A stretch of DNA of 62,910 nucleotides, counting the filler. It is 5 parts of 5 records of this genome, joined end to end, with 100 filler letters (N's around TTAATTAATTAA, not from the genome) between each part and the next. Parts side by side here need not be neighbours in the genome. Positions count along the whole stretch, not along the records: positions 43,787 to 55,662 come from DRR723986_22373; positions 55,763 to 62,910 come from DRR723986_22375; 3 more parts are not named here. The stretch is one strand, 5' to 3'. Made by a program: the position numbers and the translations under genes. The notes beneath the pieces were generated by a model. That model ran no database searches. It saw only the letters and a list, made by a program, of their open reading frames with translations, and was not told where the DNA came from. The first letter of the stretch is position 1. Each line of letters begins with the position of its first letter. Shown piece by piece: positions 49,026 to 59,096 of this stretch.

Positions 49026-52000
49026 TTAACGAACAGTCACGTACGATGTGGAGCTCGTGTTTTGATCTCGCACAACCTTAACAAGGTACACGCCGGGCGT
49101 ACGACCACGAAGATCCAGTGGAACATCCAGAGCTCCGGATACATTCCGGCGTTCGATTGTTAACACCTCACGTCCTAAGATATCCATGACAACAACCTGC
49201 AGCCGGTCGGCATCTGCATTGGCAATCGAGACATTAAACTGTCCATTGTTCGGATTGGGATAGAGTTTCATGTCCCATTGTGCATGGATAACCGGCTCAT
49301 TCGCATTGTGATCATTCTCACCATCACGCAAGAATGACTGTGTTAAACAAACCGGCAAGGAACTGTTAATAGTGCTATTATTACCCAGTTGACCGAACTC
49401 ATTGTTACCCCAGGTACAAACCTGTCCGTCAAGCCGATAGACCAGGCTAAAGGTATATCCGGCGGCAACTCGTTGAACGTTAGCAACATTCGCGTTCTCA
49501 ATTGGCTGCGGAGAGTCAATTAAACTACCGTTTCCGAGTTGTCCAAACTCGTTAGAGCCCCAGACCCAGAGTTCTCCATCATGCATTAGTGCCAAACCGT
49601 GCTCTCTACCGCGCGAGATTTGAGCGGCGCCGGCTAGAACAGGAAGTAGAACAGGAGTAGTACGATCGATCATTAATCCATCACCGACCTGGCCGGAGGA
49701 ATTGTCCCCCCAGCCCCAAACGTTTCCGTTCGACGCAATCGCCGCTCCTCCGGAGCCACCACCTTCGATAAAGACGATGTTCGCCAGGTTGGGCATTAAC
49801 TCTGGAGTACTGACAAATAAAGCGGTCGACCCAGTGCCGAGCAATTGATCTTCGTTGTCTCCCCAGGCCCAAACCGTACCGTCCGCTCTAAGTGCATAAG
49901 CGGTGTTCACGCCGGCCGTAATCTGGATAACGTTGTCGATCCCTGCAAGAAGAACAGGCGCATAGCGCCCCGTCGTCGTGCCATCTCCAACGGCTCCATA
50001 CAAGTTTAAGCCCCAGGACCAGATAGTGCCATCGGCTGCCAACGCATAACAATTTGACTGCCCGGCTGCAATCTGTACGATCTCAGGTAGACCAGGTACT
50101 TCAAATGGAATCGCGACGCGAAAACTTATCTTATTGATTCCTATCTGTCCCCATAAATTGTGCCCCCAGGTAAACACCCGTCCATCATGGGTCAGGGCCA
50201 TCGTATGCTGACCTCCAGCATCAATTGCTGCGAACTCGGGGAGATTCAGGACTTCACCTGGAACAATTCGGTCAATGCCCGTTCCATCGCCAAGCTGGGA
50301 AGAGCCATTATCCCCCCAACTCCAGATGTTTCCAGAAGATGGTTTAACAACGAGGCTGTACCTCTGGCCTGCGGCAAGCAGCATGTCTGCCGGAGGTTTA
50401 ATAAAGAACGTAGCGTCTGATACATCCAGCATGGAATGATTCGCGTCGTTAAGGACTCGAACCAGAGCATCGGACGTGGGTGTCATGGGGATTTCCCAAA
50501 GGAAACTTCCGGTGTTGTCGACCTGATCATCAATCAGAATCCAGTTGTTGCCGCCGTCTGTAGAATACTCTAATCGAGCATGGGTAAATTGGGGGCCACA
50601 AACGTTCCAGGTAATTTCCCAGTTTGTTCCAATGGTTAAGTTTTCGCCGCCATCGGGAGAACTGATTTCAAGAACCTGTGTGCCCGCCGGTACGATTCGG
50701 TCGGTTTGAGTGTCGGAATTCTCTGAGACAATGCCGCTTGCAATCGCACGAACGGCATACGTGTAATCAACGCAGGCTACGGCACTGATATCAGAGTATG
50801 AAGTTGTGTTAGCAATGACATCGATCGTTGAAAGGTTGTTAGCATTGGCGCCTCGCAGAATCGAGTAGCCCGTAACCGTACCACCAGCCGGCGGTGACCA
50901 GGTGAGGTCCATCTCAATATTGTTGGGATCGGGAGTTAACTGCAAGGCAGTTGGTCTTCCAAGCCCTACAATTTCAAATAGGTTACTTGTGCCAATGATT
51001 TGAGAAGGGTTATCGCTGTCACGCACTCTTACAAGCGCTTCAACACTTGGAGTATTAGGTACCTGCCAGGTGTATAAACCAGAGTTAAACACATCCTGAA
51101 CGATAATCTCCCAATTAGCACCGTCGTCATCCGAATACAAAATATCAACACGGTTAACAGCATCGTCACCCGTACCGGTGCTGGTCCAGGTTATGTCACT
51201 CATGCCTCCAACCTGCCATTGGCTGGCTCCCGTTGGCGCCGTGATAGTTATGTTCGCATTTTGTGCCTCGATTGTGAAGTCAGCATCACTAAAATCATTT
51301 ACAATTTCTTCTGCTGCGCTTCGCACGCGAATGCGCGCAGTCGAGATTGGATTGTCGGGGACTTCCCAGATAAAGGAACCGGTATTTGGAATTTCGCCGG
51401 AAATTGGTGTCCAGGCTACCCCACTGTTAACAGAAAAATCAACTATAAGGTTTTCGTTTTGAAAACAACCGGCATCCCAGGTGACTTCCGTTAAACGTCC
51501 AATTTTCCAACTCTCGCCGCCATTTGGAGAAGTCACTTCCAAAGGTGCGCGATCGGCCTGCAGAACAATACGCGGACGAAACCTGCTCGTTGTTCCCGTT
51601 TGGGCTGCACAGGCACCCGTCCCCGCTTCTGCGTGCCGCAAGGACCAGAAGTCGTTTGCATTGGGGCTTTGTTCTTTTTCAGTGTGATTGTGAGCTGTCA
51701 ACGCAGCCTGTGTGGTCCAACAAATGTCAATGAGAAGATTTTGATTTCCGTCCCAGTTAAACAATTGTGAAAAACTGTGCACATTCCAACCATTTTGTGG
51801 AGTAAAGTCAGCAGGACCAAAGACTGTTGTGAGAAGGTTCTCCTCAAAATTTTGCGTCATGTTTGTTGCATTGGTCTGTCTGATTCTAATCTGATAGTTG
51901 TTGAGGGTTGTGTTGTGCGCTGCAAATGCATCAAAAGCCAGAGAACTGATGTCATTGTCGGCAGTGAAACCCTGTGCAGTCAGATCATTGGCAAAAATTA

Positions 52001-55000
52001 AAAACTGCAAGCGCTCGCTACGACTAAAGCGTTTACCGTAGGGCTCACCGCCCGCCTCGTCGGTAGAACCATTCAATTGCGGCGGATTTGGCAAGTGCAC
52101 CGCAGGAATGGCTTTCTGCTCCGTCTGTGCGCCGAAGTTGCTTAAAATCGTCTGTCCATTTTCTGTGTTAAAGAAGGACCTCAGTTGATAGCGATAGTCG
52201 CTGCACAGTGCAACATTGTCGTCGTCAAAGGTATCGATATTCTCATCATTAATAGTTTGCAGAAAACTAAACGTACCACCATTAACGCTGCGGTAGATTT
52301 CATATCCCGTGAGATCATCTGACGTGGAGGGGGTCCAGTTCAGTCGAATTCGAGGAGCACTTGCATTTACCCGCTGCTGTGAAGTGAGCGCAGTAGGCGG
52401 CTGGATTAGCTGAGTTGAAAAGTACTCGCTGATGCTGGATGCATCCTGCCCATTTGAAATCCGAATTCGCATGGAGTTATCGGATGGTATATTCGGTACT
52501 TGCCACAACTGGTTAACCTCAAGCATACCAATATTGGGAACTTCACGAATAAGTTCCCAGGTCTCCCCATCATTGGACCATTCAAGCTGAACATCATCTG
52601 TTTCGACGCCATCTAATTGCACCCATTCTATTTGAGTTTCTGATCCGACTTGCAGAATATCATTGCCACGCGGAGTGGTGATCTGAAAGTCATTTTCAAG
52701 AGCCGTCACTCGAAACACGCGTTCAAGGCTATTATTCTCAGGCGTCATGTCGTTCGTGCCAAGCAGAGTAGCTTTAGCAAAATACTGATCCTGGCTATGC
52801 ATAAATGCCTCGGGGAAGAACACTGATGCCAGTTGCCCAGGATTTAATTGAGGAAGAATCCGAATTTCCTTGTACACTTCCCTTTCACCAGATAAGCCTA
52901 AGGGAGCGACTCGTTTGATTTCAAGCAAAACTGGAACTAAAAAGTGTGTTGTGTTACCGTTGTTTTGAATCTGGACACGTGGGATGGCCGGTGACTCTAC
53001 CGCTTGTCCACTAGGGTCAACGATGTCAAATACTTCAAGATCATGCGGTAAAAGAATAGTGAATGCCTGATCGCTTAAGTCAGGGGCAGCCGCATTGTCA
53101 CGCAGGCTGACGCGAACTCGGCCTTGCGCCGTTGCGACTGCTGGCACTTCCCAATCGTGGTTTATCACTTCTGATTGCGGAACGAGGCGCTCGCTGACGG
53201 GCTCCCAGTTATCACCATCATCACTGGAAAACTCAATCAAAACCCGACTGCCCTCTGGGGCTGCTACACTAATTGTTTCAATGGAGCCGGCATAAAACTG
53301 CCCTCCATTAGGGCCATTGAGTGTAACAATGTCAGTTGGAGCATCATCCGTGACAGTAAAGTGATGAATGACCTGGTCGTTAAAATTCAAATCATCCTGT
53401 CCCTCCGCTATTCTGATCATCATTTGATACTCAAGTGCTATCTCAGGAATAGTTGCTGTCGGCGGCGCAGCGAAGGTCACAGTTTCTGTTGTGTTACTGT
53501 TAAGGGTCGTAATTGTTTGCGTATCGTCCCACACGTTGTCATCAAATTCGCCGCCAAATGGAATGATAGCACACTGGACTTGCAAGCCAAGTATTTGCTC
53601 AGCACCAATATTCCGAATGCTGGCTTGTGGTGCAAAAGGAGCAAATGTTCCAGGCGTACCGTTATCGCCATTATACAAGGTTGCTCCAGCCTGTGGAAGC
53701 AGAATGGCCTCAACTGATGCGTCACGGGATGTTACTGTTCCATTGGGATCGGGATAAACACAGGCTGCATTTTCAGCATGTGCGCGCATACGGTCCTTTG
53801 CGCGTGCGTGAAAACGTAATTCTTGCGGGTTGCAGCCACTCATGATTGTGCCGGTTGGGTGTGGCTGCGGGTTGTTTAGACAATTGTCAATCCGGGGCCA
53901 GTAGGCATTTGTATGAGGTGAATCAAAATTGTGGCCCAATTCATGTGCTAAGTTACGGACATCTCTATGGTCATCCACAAATGCGGCTCCCGTTACATTA
54001 GTGCTGGCTAGCGGAGTCGGCCCCTCTTCACAGAGATCTCCGATGTCCGTTGCGATACCTCCACAACCAAGACCGTTTAACCAAACTACGCAACTGCGCT
54101 GCACATGGCCCATTGTTTGCTCCCAGTTAGTGGACACAATTGGCAACATATTTCTTCGGTATCTACAAGCCGGCCCCTCGGTTGGCCACCGGTCTATGCC
54201 AGGCTCATCATTATCTGGAAAAATCGCACGGTACGGAACAGTATTTACCTCAGGTTCTTCTACCCAAACGCGCAAATAACAGAGCTTAAGATTTGTGCGT
54301 ATATCACGACGATAAATTGCGGATGCTCCACCCAAAAGGAACAAGGCGCGGTTTGCGGTACGCTGTATACTCGGTGGAATGTTGTTCTCTTGATCTCCGC
54401 TATTTTCAAAGAGGTACCAATTGCATTCCATCGCAATTCGTGCTTCGAGCATCGGCCAGTTCAGTAACCTATCAGTATTGCCTTTTCCAGAGAACTGTCT
54501 GACGGGATCGCCGAGAGGTAATTCCTGCTCTTCACCTTCTTCGTCATGCCCGTGACCACTATGATCGTGACCGCAGCTAGATACTTCGGTGGGAACATAG
54601 CCATCCTCATCCTCACGTTGGATTATCACAGAAAGTGGGTTCTCCCCATCCGCGCTTCTGACTGAGTTGACATGAAAACTCTCCGGTGTTGTTGAACCCG
54701 GAGGCCTGAATTCAATGATGCCTTCACAGCTTGTTGAATTTAGCATCAAGTATACAAAGGAGTTAGAAGCTCCTGCGATCTCTCCACTAAGAAATACTGG
54801 GGTTTCAACGTGAAATCTAAACTCTCCGTCCTCTCCAGCTCCTAGCATCTGAACATCATGCGTGAGGACATCGAATCGCTCAAGAGTGAGTTCACTCGAA
54901 CCCAGAATCGGCAAATCCAATGTCAAACTAAAAGGCTGTCCCACGGGCATCGCACGCAGGTCTGAAAGCTTGTCAACATCGACCCGGAATGCTGTGGCAT

Positions 55001-55130
55001 ACTCGGGGTAGTCACTCTGAATGTCGGCCGGCAGATTTGTGGGCATCAATGCATCTGTCTGTGCAGCGGCCCTGTGAGGCAGTACCCCGCACATTATTAT
55101 CAGTGCCAAAAGTAATAGTTGCTTGTGCAT
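49026..55130 (-). CDS. ~2030-aa multidomain M12B/reprolysin-like metalloprotease with Ig-like repeats, FN3, RCC1 repeats and T9SS sorting domain (start re-called at 55130)
   Basis: AAGGAG SD; signal peptide; HELGHNFDSPH (53913-53945) and TIMS Met-turn; five SPxGG...W...YSxDGGxxW repeats; WG.N..GQLG repeats; LYPNP...DILGR...GVYLVK. Confidence 0.88.
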   Translation of the reverse strand: MHKQLLLLALIIMCGVLPHRAAAQTDALMPTNLPADIQSDYPEYATAFRVDVDKLSDLRAMPVGQPFSLTLDLPILGSSELTLERFDVLTHDVQMLGAGEDGEFRFHVETPVFLSGEIAGASNSFVYLMLNSTSCEGIIEFRPPGSTTPESFHVNSVRSADGENPLSVIIQREDEDGYVPTEVSSCGHDHSGHGHDEEGEEQELPLGDPVRQFSGKGNTDRLLNWPMLEARIAMECNWYLFENSGDQENNIPPSIQRTANRALFLLGGASAIYRRDIRTNLKLCYLRVWVEEPEVNTVPYRAIFPDNDEPGIDRWPTEGPACRYRRNMLPIVSTNWEQTMGHVQRSCVVWLNGLGCGGIATDIGDLCEEGPTPLASTNVTGAAFVDDHRDVRNLAHELGHNFDSPHTNAYWPRIDNCLNNPQPHPTGTIMSGCNPQELRFHARAKDRMRAHAENAACVYPDPNGTVTSRDASVEAILLPQAGATLYNGDNGTPGTFAPFAPQASIRNIGAEQILGLQVQCAIIPFGGEFDDNVWDDTQTITTLNSNTTETVTFAAPPTATIPEIALEYQMMIRIAEGQDDLNFNDQVIHHFTVTDDAPTDIVTLNGPNGGQFYAGSIETISVAAPEGSRVLIEFSSDDGDNWEPVSERLVPQSEVINHDWEVPAVATAQGRVRVSLRDNAAAPDLSDQAFTILLPHDLEVFDIVDPSGQAVESPAIPRVQIQNNGNTTHFLVPVLLEIKRVAPLGLSGEREVYKEIRILPQLNPGQLASVFFPEAFMHSQDQYFAKATLLGTNDMTPENNSLERVFRVTALENDFQITTPRGNDILQVGSETQIEWVQLDGVETDDVQLEWSNDGETWELIREVPNIGMLEVNQLWQVPNIPSDNSMRIRISNGQDASSISEYFSTQLIQPPTALTSQQRVNASAPRIRLNWTPSTSDDLTGYEIYRSVNGGTFSFLQTINDENIDTFDDDNVALCSDYRYQLRSFFNTENGQTILSNFGAQTEQKAIPAVHLPNPPQLNGSTDEAGGEPYGKRFSRSERLQFLIFANDLTAQGFTADNDISSLAFDAFAAHNTTLNNYQIRIRQTNATNMTQNFEENLLTTVFGPADFTPQNGWNVHSFSQLFNWDGNQNLLIDICWTTQAALTAHNHTEKEQSPNANDFWSLRHAEAGTGACAAQTGTTSRFRPRIVLQADRAPLEVTSPNGGESWKIGRLTEVTWDAGCFQNENLIVDFSVNSGVAWTPISGEIPNTGSFIWEVPDNPISTARIRVRSAAEEIVNDFSDADFTIEAQNANITITAPTGASQWQVGGMSDITWTSTGTGDDAVNRVDILYSDDDGANWEIIVQDVFNSGLYTWQVPNTPSVEALVRVRDSDNPSQIIGTSNLFEIVGLGRPTALQLTPDPNNIEMDLTWSPPAGGTVTGYSILRGANANNLSTIDVIANTTSYSDISAVACVDYTYAVRAIASGIVSENSDTQTDRIVPAGTQVLEISSPDGGENLTIGTNWEITWNVCGPQFTHARLEYSTDGGNNWILIDDQVDNTGSFLWEIPMTPTSDALVRVLNDANHSMLDVSDATFFIKPPADMLLAAGQRYSLVVKPSSGNIWSWGDNGSSQLGDGTGIDRIVPGEVLNLPEFAAIDAGGQHTMALTHDGRVFTWGHNLWGQIGINKISFRVAIPFEVPGLPEIVQIAAGQSNCYALAADGTIWSWGLNLYGAVGDGTTTGRYAPVLLAGIDNVIQITAGVNTAYALRADGTVWAWGDNEDQLLGTGSTALFVSTPELMPNLANIVFIEGGGSGGAAIASNGNVWGWGDNSSGQVGDGLMIDRTTPVLLPVLAGAAQISRGREHGLALMHDGELWVWGSNEFGQLGNGSLIDSPQPIENANVANVQRVAAGYTFSLVYRLDGQVCTWGNNEFGQLGNNSTINSSLPVCLTQSFLRDGENDHNANEPVIHAQWDMKLYPNPNNGQFNVSIANADADRLQVVVMDILGREVLTIERRNVSGALDVPLDLRGRTPGVYLVKVVRDQNTSSTSYVTVR

Positions 55131-55632
55131 CTGAACGAGACTCCTTGTCAATTTCTACGACAATGCCCAGTGCTTCCAGGTAGTGGATCTAAGCAGTGTC
55201 TCAGGTAATACTGTGAACATTTGCATCAAGCTAGGACATACTCTGCAGCCATAAAAGGTATAAATTTGCGACCCTGTAGGCCCTTCCCCCATACGTGTGG
55301 AATTCGTAATGCTGCATTTTATTCTTTAATACTTGAAGCCGTTTTATAGAGATAATCACAATGTAATCTGGCCTGGAACTTGAGCGCTTCGCCCCACGCT
55401 CTGCGTTTGTGGCTTGCTTTATCTGCTTGTTTTGCGCTGAGTGCCAAGGCAAGAGCAGCTGAGTCTGCCACCATCTAAACTTCATCAAACCAAAGTGCCA
55501 GGCTGCATGCCGGAAGGTGATAATTCTGCGCAATTTCAAAGCAAATATTCCAGCCCGGTGAATGGCGGCACAGACATTAACATTTGCATTTCACAGACTT
55601 GACACAATCTTTGTGCTTTGGGACTTCAATCC

Positions 55633-55662
55633 CAATAACAAACAAAACCCTCAAAAAGCAAG
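55633..55662. repeat. Dispersed intergenic repeat, copy 3 (cut by contig end)
   Basis: caataacaaacaaaaccctcaaaaagcaag; 28/30 identical to 48834-48863. Confidence 0.85.
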
Positions 55663-55762
55663 NNNNNNNNNNNNNNNNNNNNNNNNNNNNNNNNNNNNNN
55701 NNNNNNTTAATTAATTAANNNNNNNNNNNNNNNNNNNNNNNNNNNNNNNNNNNNNNNNNNNN
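55663..55762. other. Artificial contig linker
   Basis: N44-ttaattaattaa-N44. Confidence 0.98.
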
Positions 55763-55763
55763 T

Positions 55764-55832
55764 ATCGTCGAGGCCGATGGCGAGGTGATCTATCAGGTCA
55801 AGGACATGAAAGTGGCGCTCAGCGAAAGCTGA
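55764..55832 (+). CDS. fabA: 3' end of 3-hydroxydecanoyl-ACP dehydratase/isomerase (5'-truncated; absent from ORF track)
   Basis: IVEADGEVIYQVKDMKVALSES* resembles the alphaproteobacterial FabA C-terminus; fabB lies downstream. Confidence 0.8.
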   Translation: MVEADGEVIYQVKDMKVALSES

Positions 55833-55875
55833 TCTGAAACAGCGCCTTTCCCCTTCCAAAGGTAACGACAAGACC

Positions 55876-56322
55876 ATGACTGACAACAAGCGCGTCGTCC
55901 TTTCCAGCGATCATGCGGCCATTGCGCTGCGTCAGGCGGTGGCGGATCATGTCGCCGCCGCAGGGTGGGAGGTGGTCGATATCGGCCCCACAACACCTGA
56001 AAGCACACATTACCCGCTGCATGGCAAGGCAGCCGCCGACCGCGTGGCCTCTGGCGATTGTGCGCTTGGCATCATCCTGTGCGGCACCGGCCAGGGCATC
56101 ATGATGGCTGCCAACAAGCTGCCGGGCATCCGTTGTGGTGTCTGTTCCGACACGTTCTCCGCCGCCATGATCCGCCAGCACAATGACGCCAACATGTTGT
56201 CCATCGGGGCCCGCGTCGTGGGTGAAGGGCTGGCGCTGGCTATCGTCGACGCCTTCCTGAACGCGGAGTTCGAAGGCGGCCGCCATGCCACCCGCGTGGA
56301 CATGATCGAGCCCAAGGGCTGA
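55876..56322 (+). CDS. rpiB: Ribose 5-phosphate isomerase B (RpiB/LacAB family)
   Basis: SDHAA, ILCGTGQG, ANKLPGIR, HNDAN, FEGGRHATRV. Confidence 0.92.
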   Translation: MTDNKRVVLSSDHAAIALRQAVADHVAAAGWEVVDIGPTTPESTHYPLHGKAAADRVASGDCALGIILCGTGQGIMMAANKLPGIRCGVCSDTFSAAMIRQHNDANMLSIGARVVGEGLALAIVDAFLNAEFEGGRHATRVDMIEPKG

Positions 56323-56346
56323 GAGTCACGTCATCCTCCAGAAAAC

Positions 56347-56374
56347 AAAAAGAGGCCTGCTGGCCTCTTTTTTT
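56347..56374 (+). terminator. Rho-independent terminator after rpiB
   Basis: aaaaagaggcc-tgct-ggcctcttttttt. Confidence 0.88.
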
Positions 56375-56460
56375 GTTTGGCGGTGACTTTCGGTCCATAG
56401 CCGCCATTCATCACACGTGAGATCTCAAAGCACATTTCACTGAACCTGCCATTCGCTGCC

Positions 56461-56626
56461 CAACCGGGAACGGGGCGGTGGTTAGTGGGAATGCGCGCGT
56501 TCGCGGTACGGCCCGAAAGAATGAACCGCTTGAACAACGCCCATTCCTCGTTCGAAATCAGGTATCCATCACAGTTACCAGCTTGCATCATGCGCAACCG
56601 CGAGTGTGCATCCCCTTTACCAGCAT
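56461..56626 (-). mobile_element. IS5-family remnant (transposase N-terminal fragment plus degenerate left end)
   Basis: LISNEEWALFKRFILSGRTANARIPTNHR resembles the IS5-family N-terminus (SDEEW...GRKPxNHR); truncated. Confidence 0.7.
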
Positions 56627-57303
56627 TGGTTCGCCAAACTCCCGATCATTTGTTCCGAACCACTACAAGGAGATCAGCTCTGTGATTGGTTTGTACTCCT
56701 GCGTGGCTGCCTGCAAGACGCGCACATTGATTGGGTGCAGGCTTAATCCGGTATCTTGATCCCGCACTGTGCCACTCAGTTGCTTCACAGCCCGCAGTTT
56801 AACCTTGTGCGTTGAAACTTTCGACGGTGCCGCGTTGATGTTGTGATGCGTTGCGATGCCAAGAAAATGCACGAGGAGTTCCAGAACGGCCTCATCTCTG
56901 TCAAATGCCAATACTTCCATTCTGCCTCCGGGGTTAATACGTCCCACCGATTCGTTCTTGTATCGCCCAGAATTGGGGCTGCATTTTGTCGGACTGGTGA
57001 ACTTCTTCCGCCGATGATGCCGTTTCGGTGACGTTTTTTTTGTGGCCCTCGCGACACTGAAACGTCGACACCGGGCGATCCTTAACATTCATTCCCGGTT
57101 GATAGGCTAAACCCCCGCTATGCCATAAGAAACGCGTCACTGTACTAGACTTGGATAGGTCACTGTTACAACGTCATATATATCGTGGCTGCATCTAGGC
57201 TTCTTGTCGTGGACATCTTTGACTCGCGTAACTCATTTTGTTGATCAGATAGGTTATTCATTGGGTTGCCGGTTCGGAAACATTGCAGGCAATTCGACGG
57301 CAC

Positions 57304-57354
57304 TGTGGATAAAAAACATTGCGATAAGGGTTTCACGGGTTAACATGTTTTAAA
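57304..57354. promoter_or_regulatory. Perfect DnaA box plus near-consensus CtrA box upstream of the methyltransferase
   Basis: TGTGGATAA at 57304-57312; minus strand TTTA-N7-TTAAC at 57339-57354 (8/9 match). Confidence 0.35.
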
Positions 57355-57406
57355 AAAGTACTCGTGCAGTCAGTCACTCTTATCTGCAATACGGAGTCCA
57401 TCTCCC

Positions 57407-58177
57407 ATGCCGTCACTCGGTCATCTTGAGGCGTCAGCGCCCTTGAATCTTGTATTGTCCAAATCGGCTAAAGCGCCGGTTCGGGCCGATTGGAGCGCCT
57501 ATGCGACAGCCTATGATCTGTTGTCCGAGCATAACCCGGCATACCAGGCGCTACTACGAGAATTCGAGGGCTTTCTTGAAACGATAGAAACTCCGGGCCT
57601 GATCTACGACATCGGCGGCGGTACCGGGAACTATACAGAGATTGCGGCCCGCATCTGCCCCGAGAGTGAAATCATGCTGGTCGAACCAGATGTCGGCATG
57701 CTTGGCGTTGCGCAGGCGAAATTGTCGGGTCACGACAATGTCGAATACGATTCACGCGCGCTTGAAGACTTCGATGCGTCGGGCACTGCGGATCTCGTCA
57801 TTTGCGTCCATGCGCTTTACGCGATGCCTGATCAGAGGCAGCGGTTGAAAGATCTGCGCCGCTTGCTCCGTCCCGGCGGTCGGCTCTACCTCGTTGATCT
57901 CGGTCGCAACATGAACGTGGCCGACTGGCGCCGCTACCTATTCGCTCACTTGAAACAAGAACATGGGCTGTTTGGCGCATTGCGGATCTTCTGGCAGGGG
58001 CGGGAGATCGCCAAGCAGAACGCGACCATTCTCGAAGCACAGAAGAAGGGCGCGTACTGGACCCATACCGAGGCTGAAATCGCATCGGCTGCGACCGAAG
58101 CAGGCTTCGACATCATCAGGCAAGACTCGGTTTATCGCGGTTACAGCGATTTGCTTGTGTGTCGCGCGACGTCTTGA
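57407..58177 (+). CDS. Class I SAM-dependent methyltransferase
   Basis: GGAG SD; YDIGGGTGN motif I, VEPDVGML, ADLVICVHALY, LLRPGGRL. Confidence 0.92.
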   Translation: MPSLGHLEASAPLNLVLSKSAKAPVRADWSAYATAYDLLSEHNPAYQALLREFEGFLETIETPGLIYDIGGGTGNYTEIAARICPESEIMLVEPDVGMLGVAQAKLSGHDNVEYDSRALEDFDASGTADLVICVHALYAMPDQRQRLKDLRRLLRPGGRLYLVDLGRNMNVADWRRYLFAHLKQEHGLFGALRIFWQGREIAKQNATILEAQKKGAYWTHTEAEIASAATEAGFDIIRQDSVYRGYSDLLVCRATS

Positions 58178-58202
58178 TCGAGTTTAGGCGGAAGGAACGA
58201 AA

Positions 58203-58892
58203 ATGAACGAGCAAGTCATCGAAGCACTCAAGCTCTATCGCTACAAGGTTCTGACCGACAGCAAGGACCTCGAAGAACTCTATCGCCTCCGCTACAAGTG
58301 CTACCGCGCCGAGCGGTCGATCGCCTCGAACGAGCGCGAGACCATGACCGATGCGTTCGACGAGACCGCGAATTGCGTCCATGTCGCGGTGACGCTGGAC
58401 AAGCAGATCCTTGCGGCTGTGCGCCTGCATCTGGTGTCCAGGCTCTGCCTGACATCACCAACTGTCGAAGTGTTTCCCGAGATCCTGGAACAGACCGCTC
58501 CCACACAGACGATCCTGGATCCGACCCGCTTTGTTATTGATCCCTCAGCGCGCGCACAACGCGTCCCGCTGCATTTTCTCACCCTGCGTATCCCGTTTCT
58601 TGCGACGATGTTCTACGATATCGACTTGGCTCTGGCCCCGGTTCGGGCGGAACATACCGCGTTCTATCGCCGCTACCTCGGCTATGTACCGATGATGCAG
58701 CCAAGGGATTATCCCGGGCTGAAGAAGCCGATCCACCTGCTGACGGCCAAGGTGAAGGAACAGCGTCATGCAGTTCTGGCCCGGACACCGGTTTTCGGAC
58801 CCGTCGAAGAAATCCCGCACTCCAACATTCTCTTCCCGTCCCTTTCGGATGTGTATGCCGCGTCAAAGGGGGGCCATTCGGAGGCGGCCTGA
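58203..58892 (+). CDS. FeeM-like N-acyl amino acid synthase (GNAT fold, LuxI-related)
   Basis: LYRLRYKCY, DAFDE, AAVRLH, EVFPE, DPTRF, VRAEHTAFYRRYLG. Confidence 0.8.
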   Translation: MNEQVIEALKLYRYKVLTDSKDLEELYRLRYKCYRAERSIASNERETMTDAFDETANCVHVAVTLDKQILAAVRLHLVSRLCLTSPTVEVFPEILEQTAPTQTILDPTRFVIDPSARAQRVPLHFLTLRIPFLATMFYDIDLALAPVRAEHTAFYRRYLGYVPMMQPRDYPGLKKPIHLLTAKVKEQRHAVLARTPVFGPVEEIPHSNILFPSLSDVYAASKGGHSEAA

Positions 58893-59096
58893 CCTGCACA
58901 AGGCGCACGCGCGCACTGACAAAAAAACCGGCCTCCGTCTTGCGCGAGTCGATGCCTCTCCTCGGGCGCTCTATCCGGCGTTCGGACGGCTTGCCTCAAA
59001 TATTGCCAATAAACAGCCGTGTTTCGCCTGAGGAATGCCGGAATTCCCATGTAGGCCGCTACTGCGAAAGACAATGAAGCAGCGGCAGAGGCGGTC

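Noticed and set aside
56663-57140. Several 60-140 aa ORFs upstream of the methyltransferase, and the 110-aa ORF at 60644-60976
   Set aside because: No recognisable motifs, atypical codon usage, mutually overlapping; treated as non-coding or degraded DNA
58203-58892. Calling the GNAT a LuxI AHL synthase
   Set aside because: Lacks the LuxI RxxxFxxxLxW motif, matches the FeeM-like pattern better, and has no luxR nearby; an HMM test is still needed
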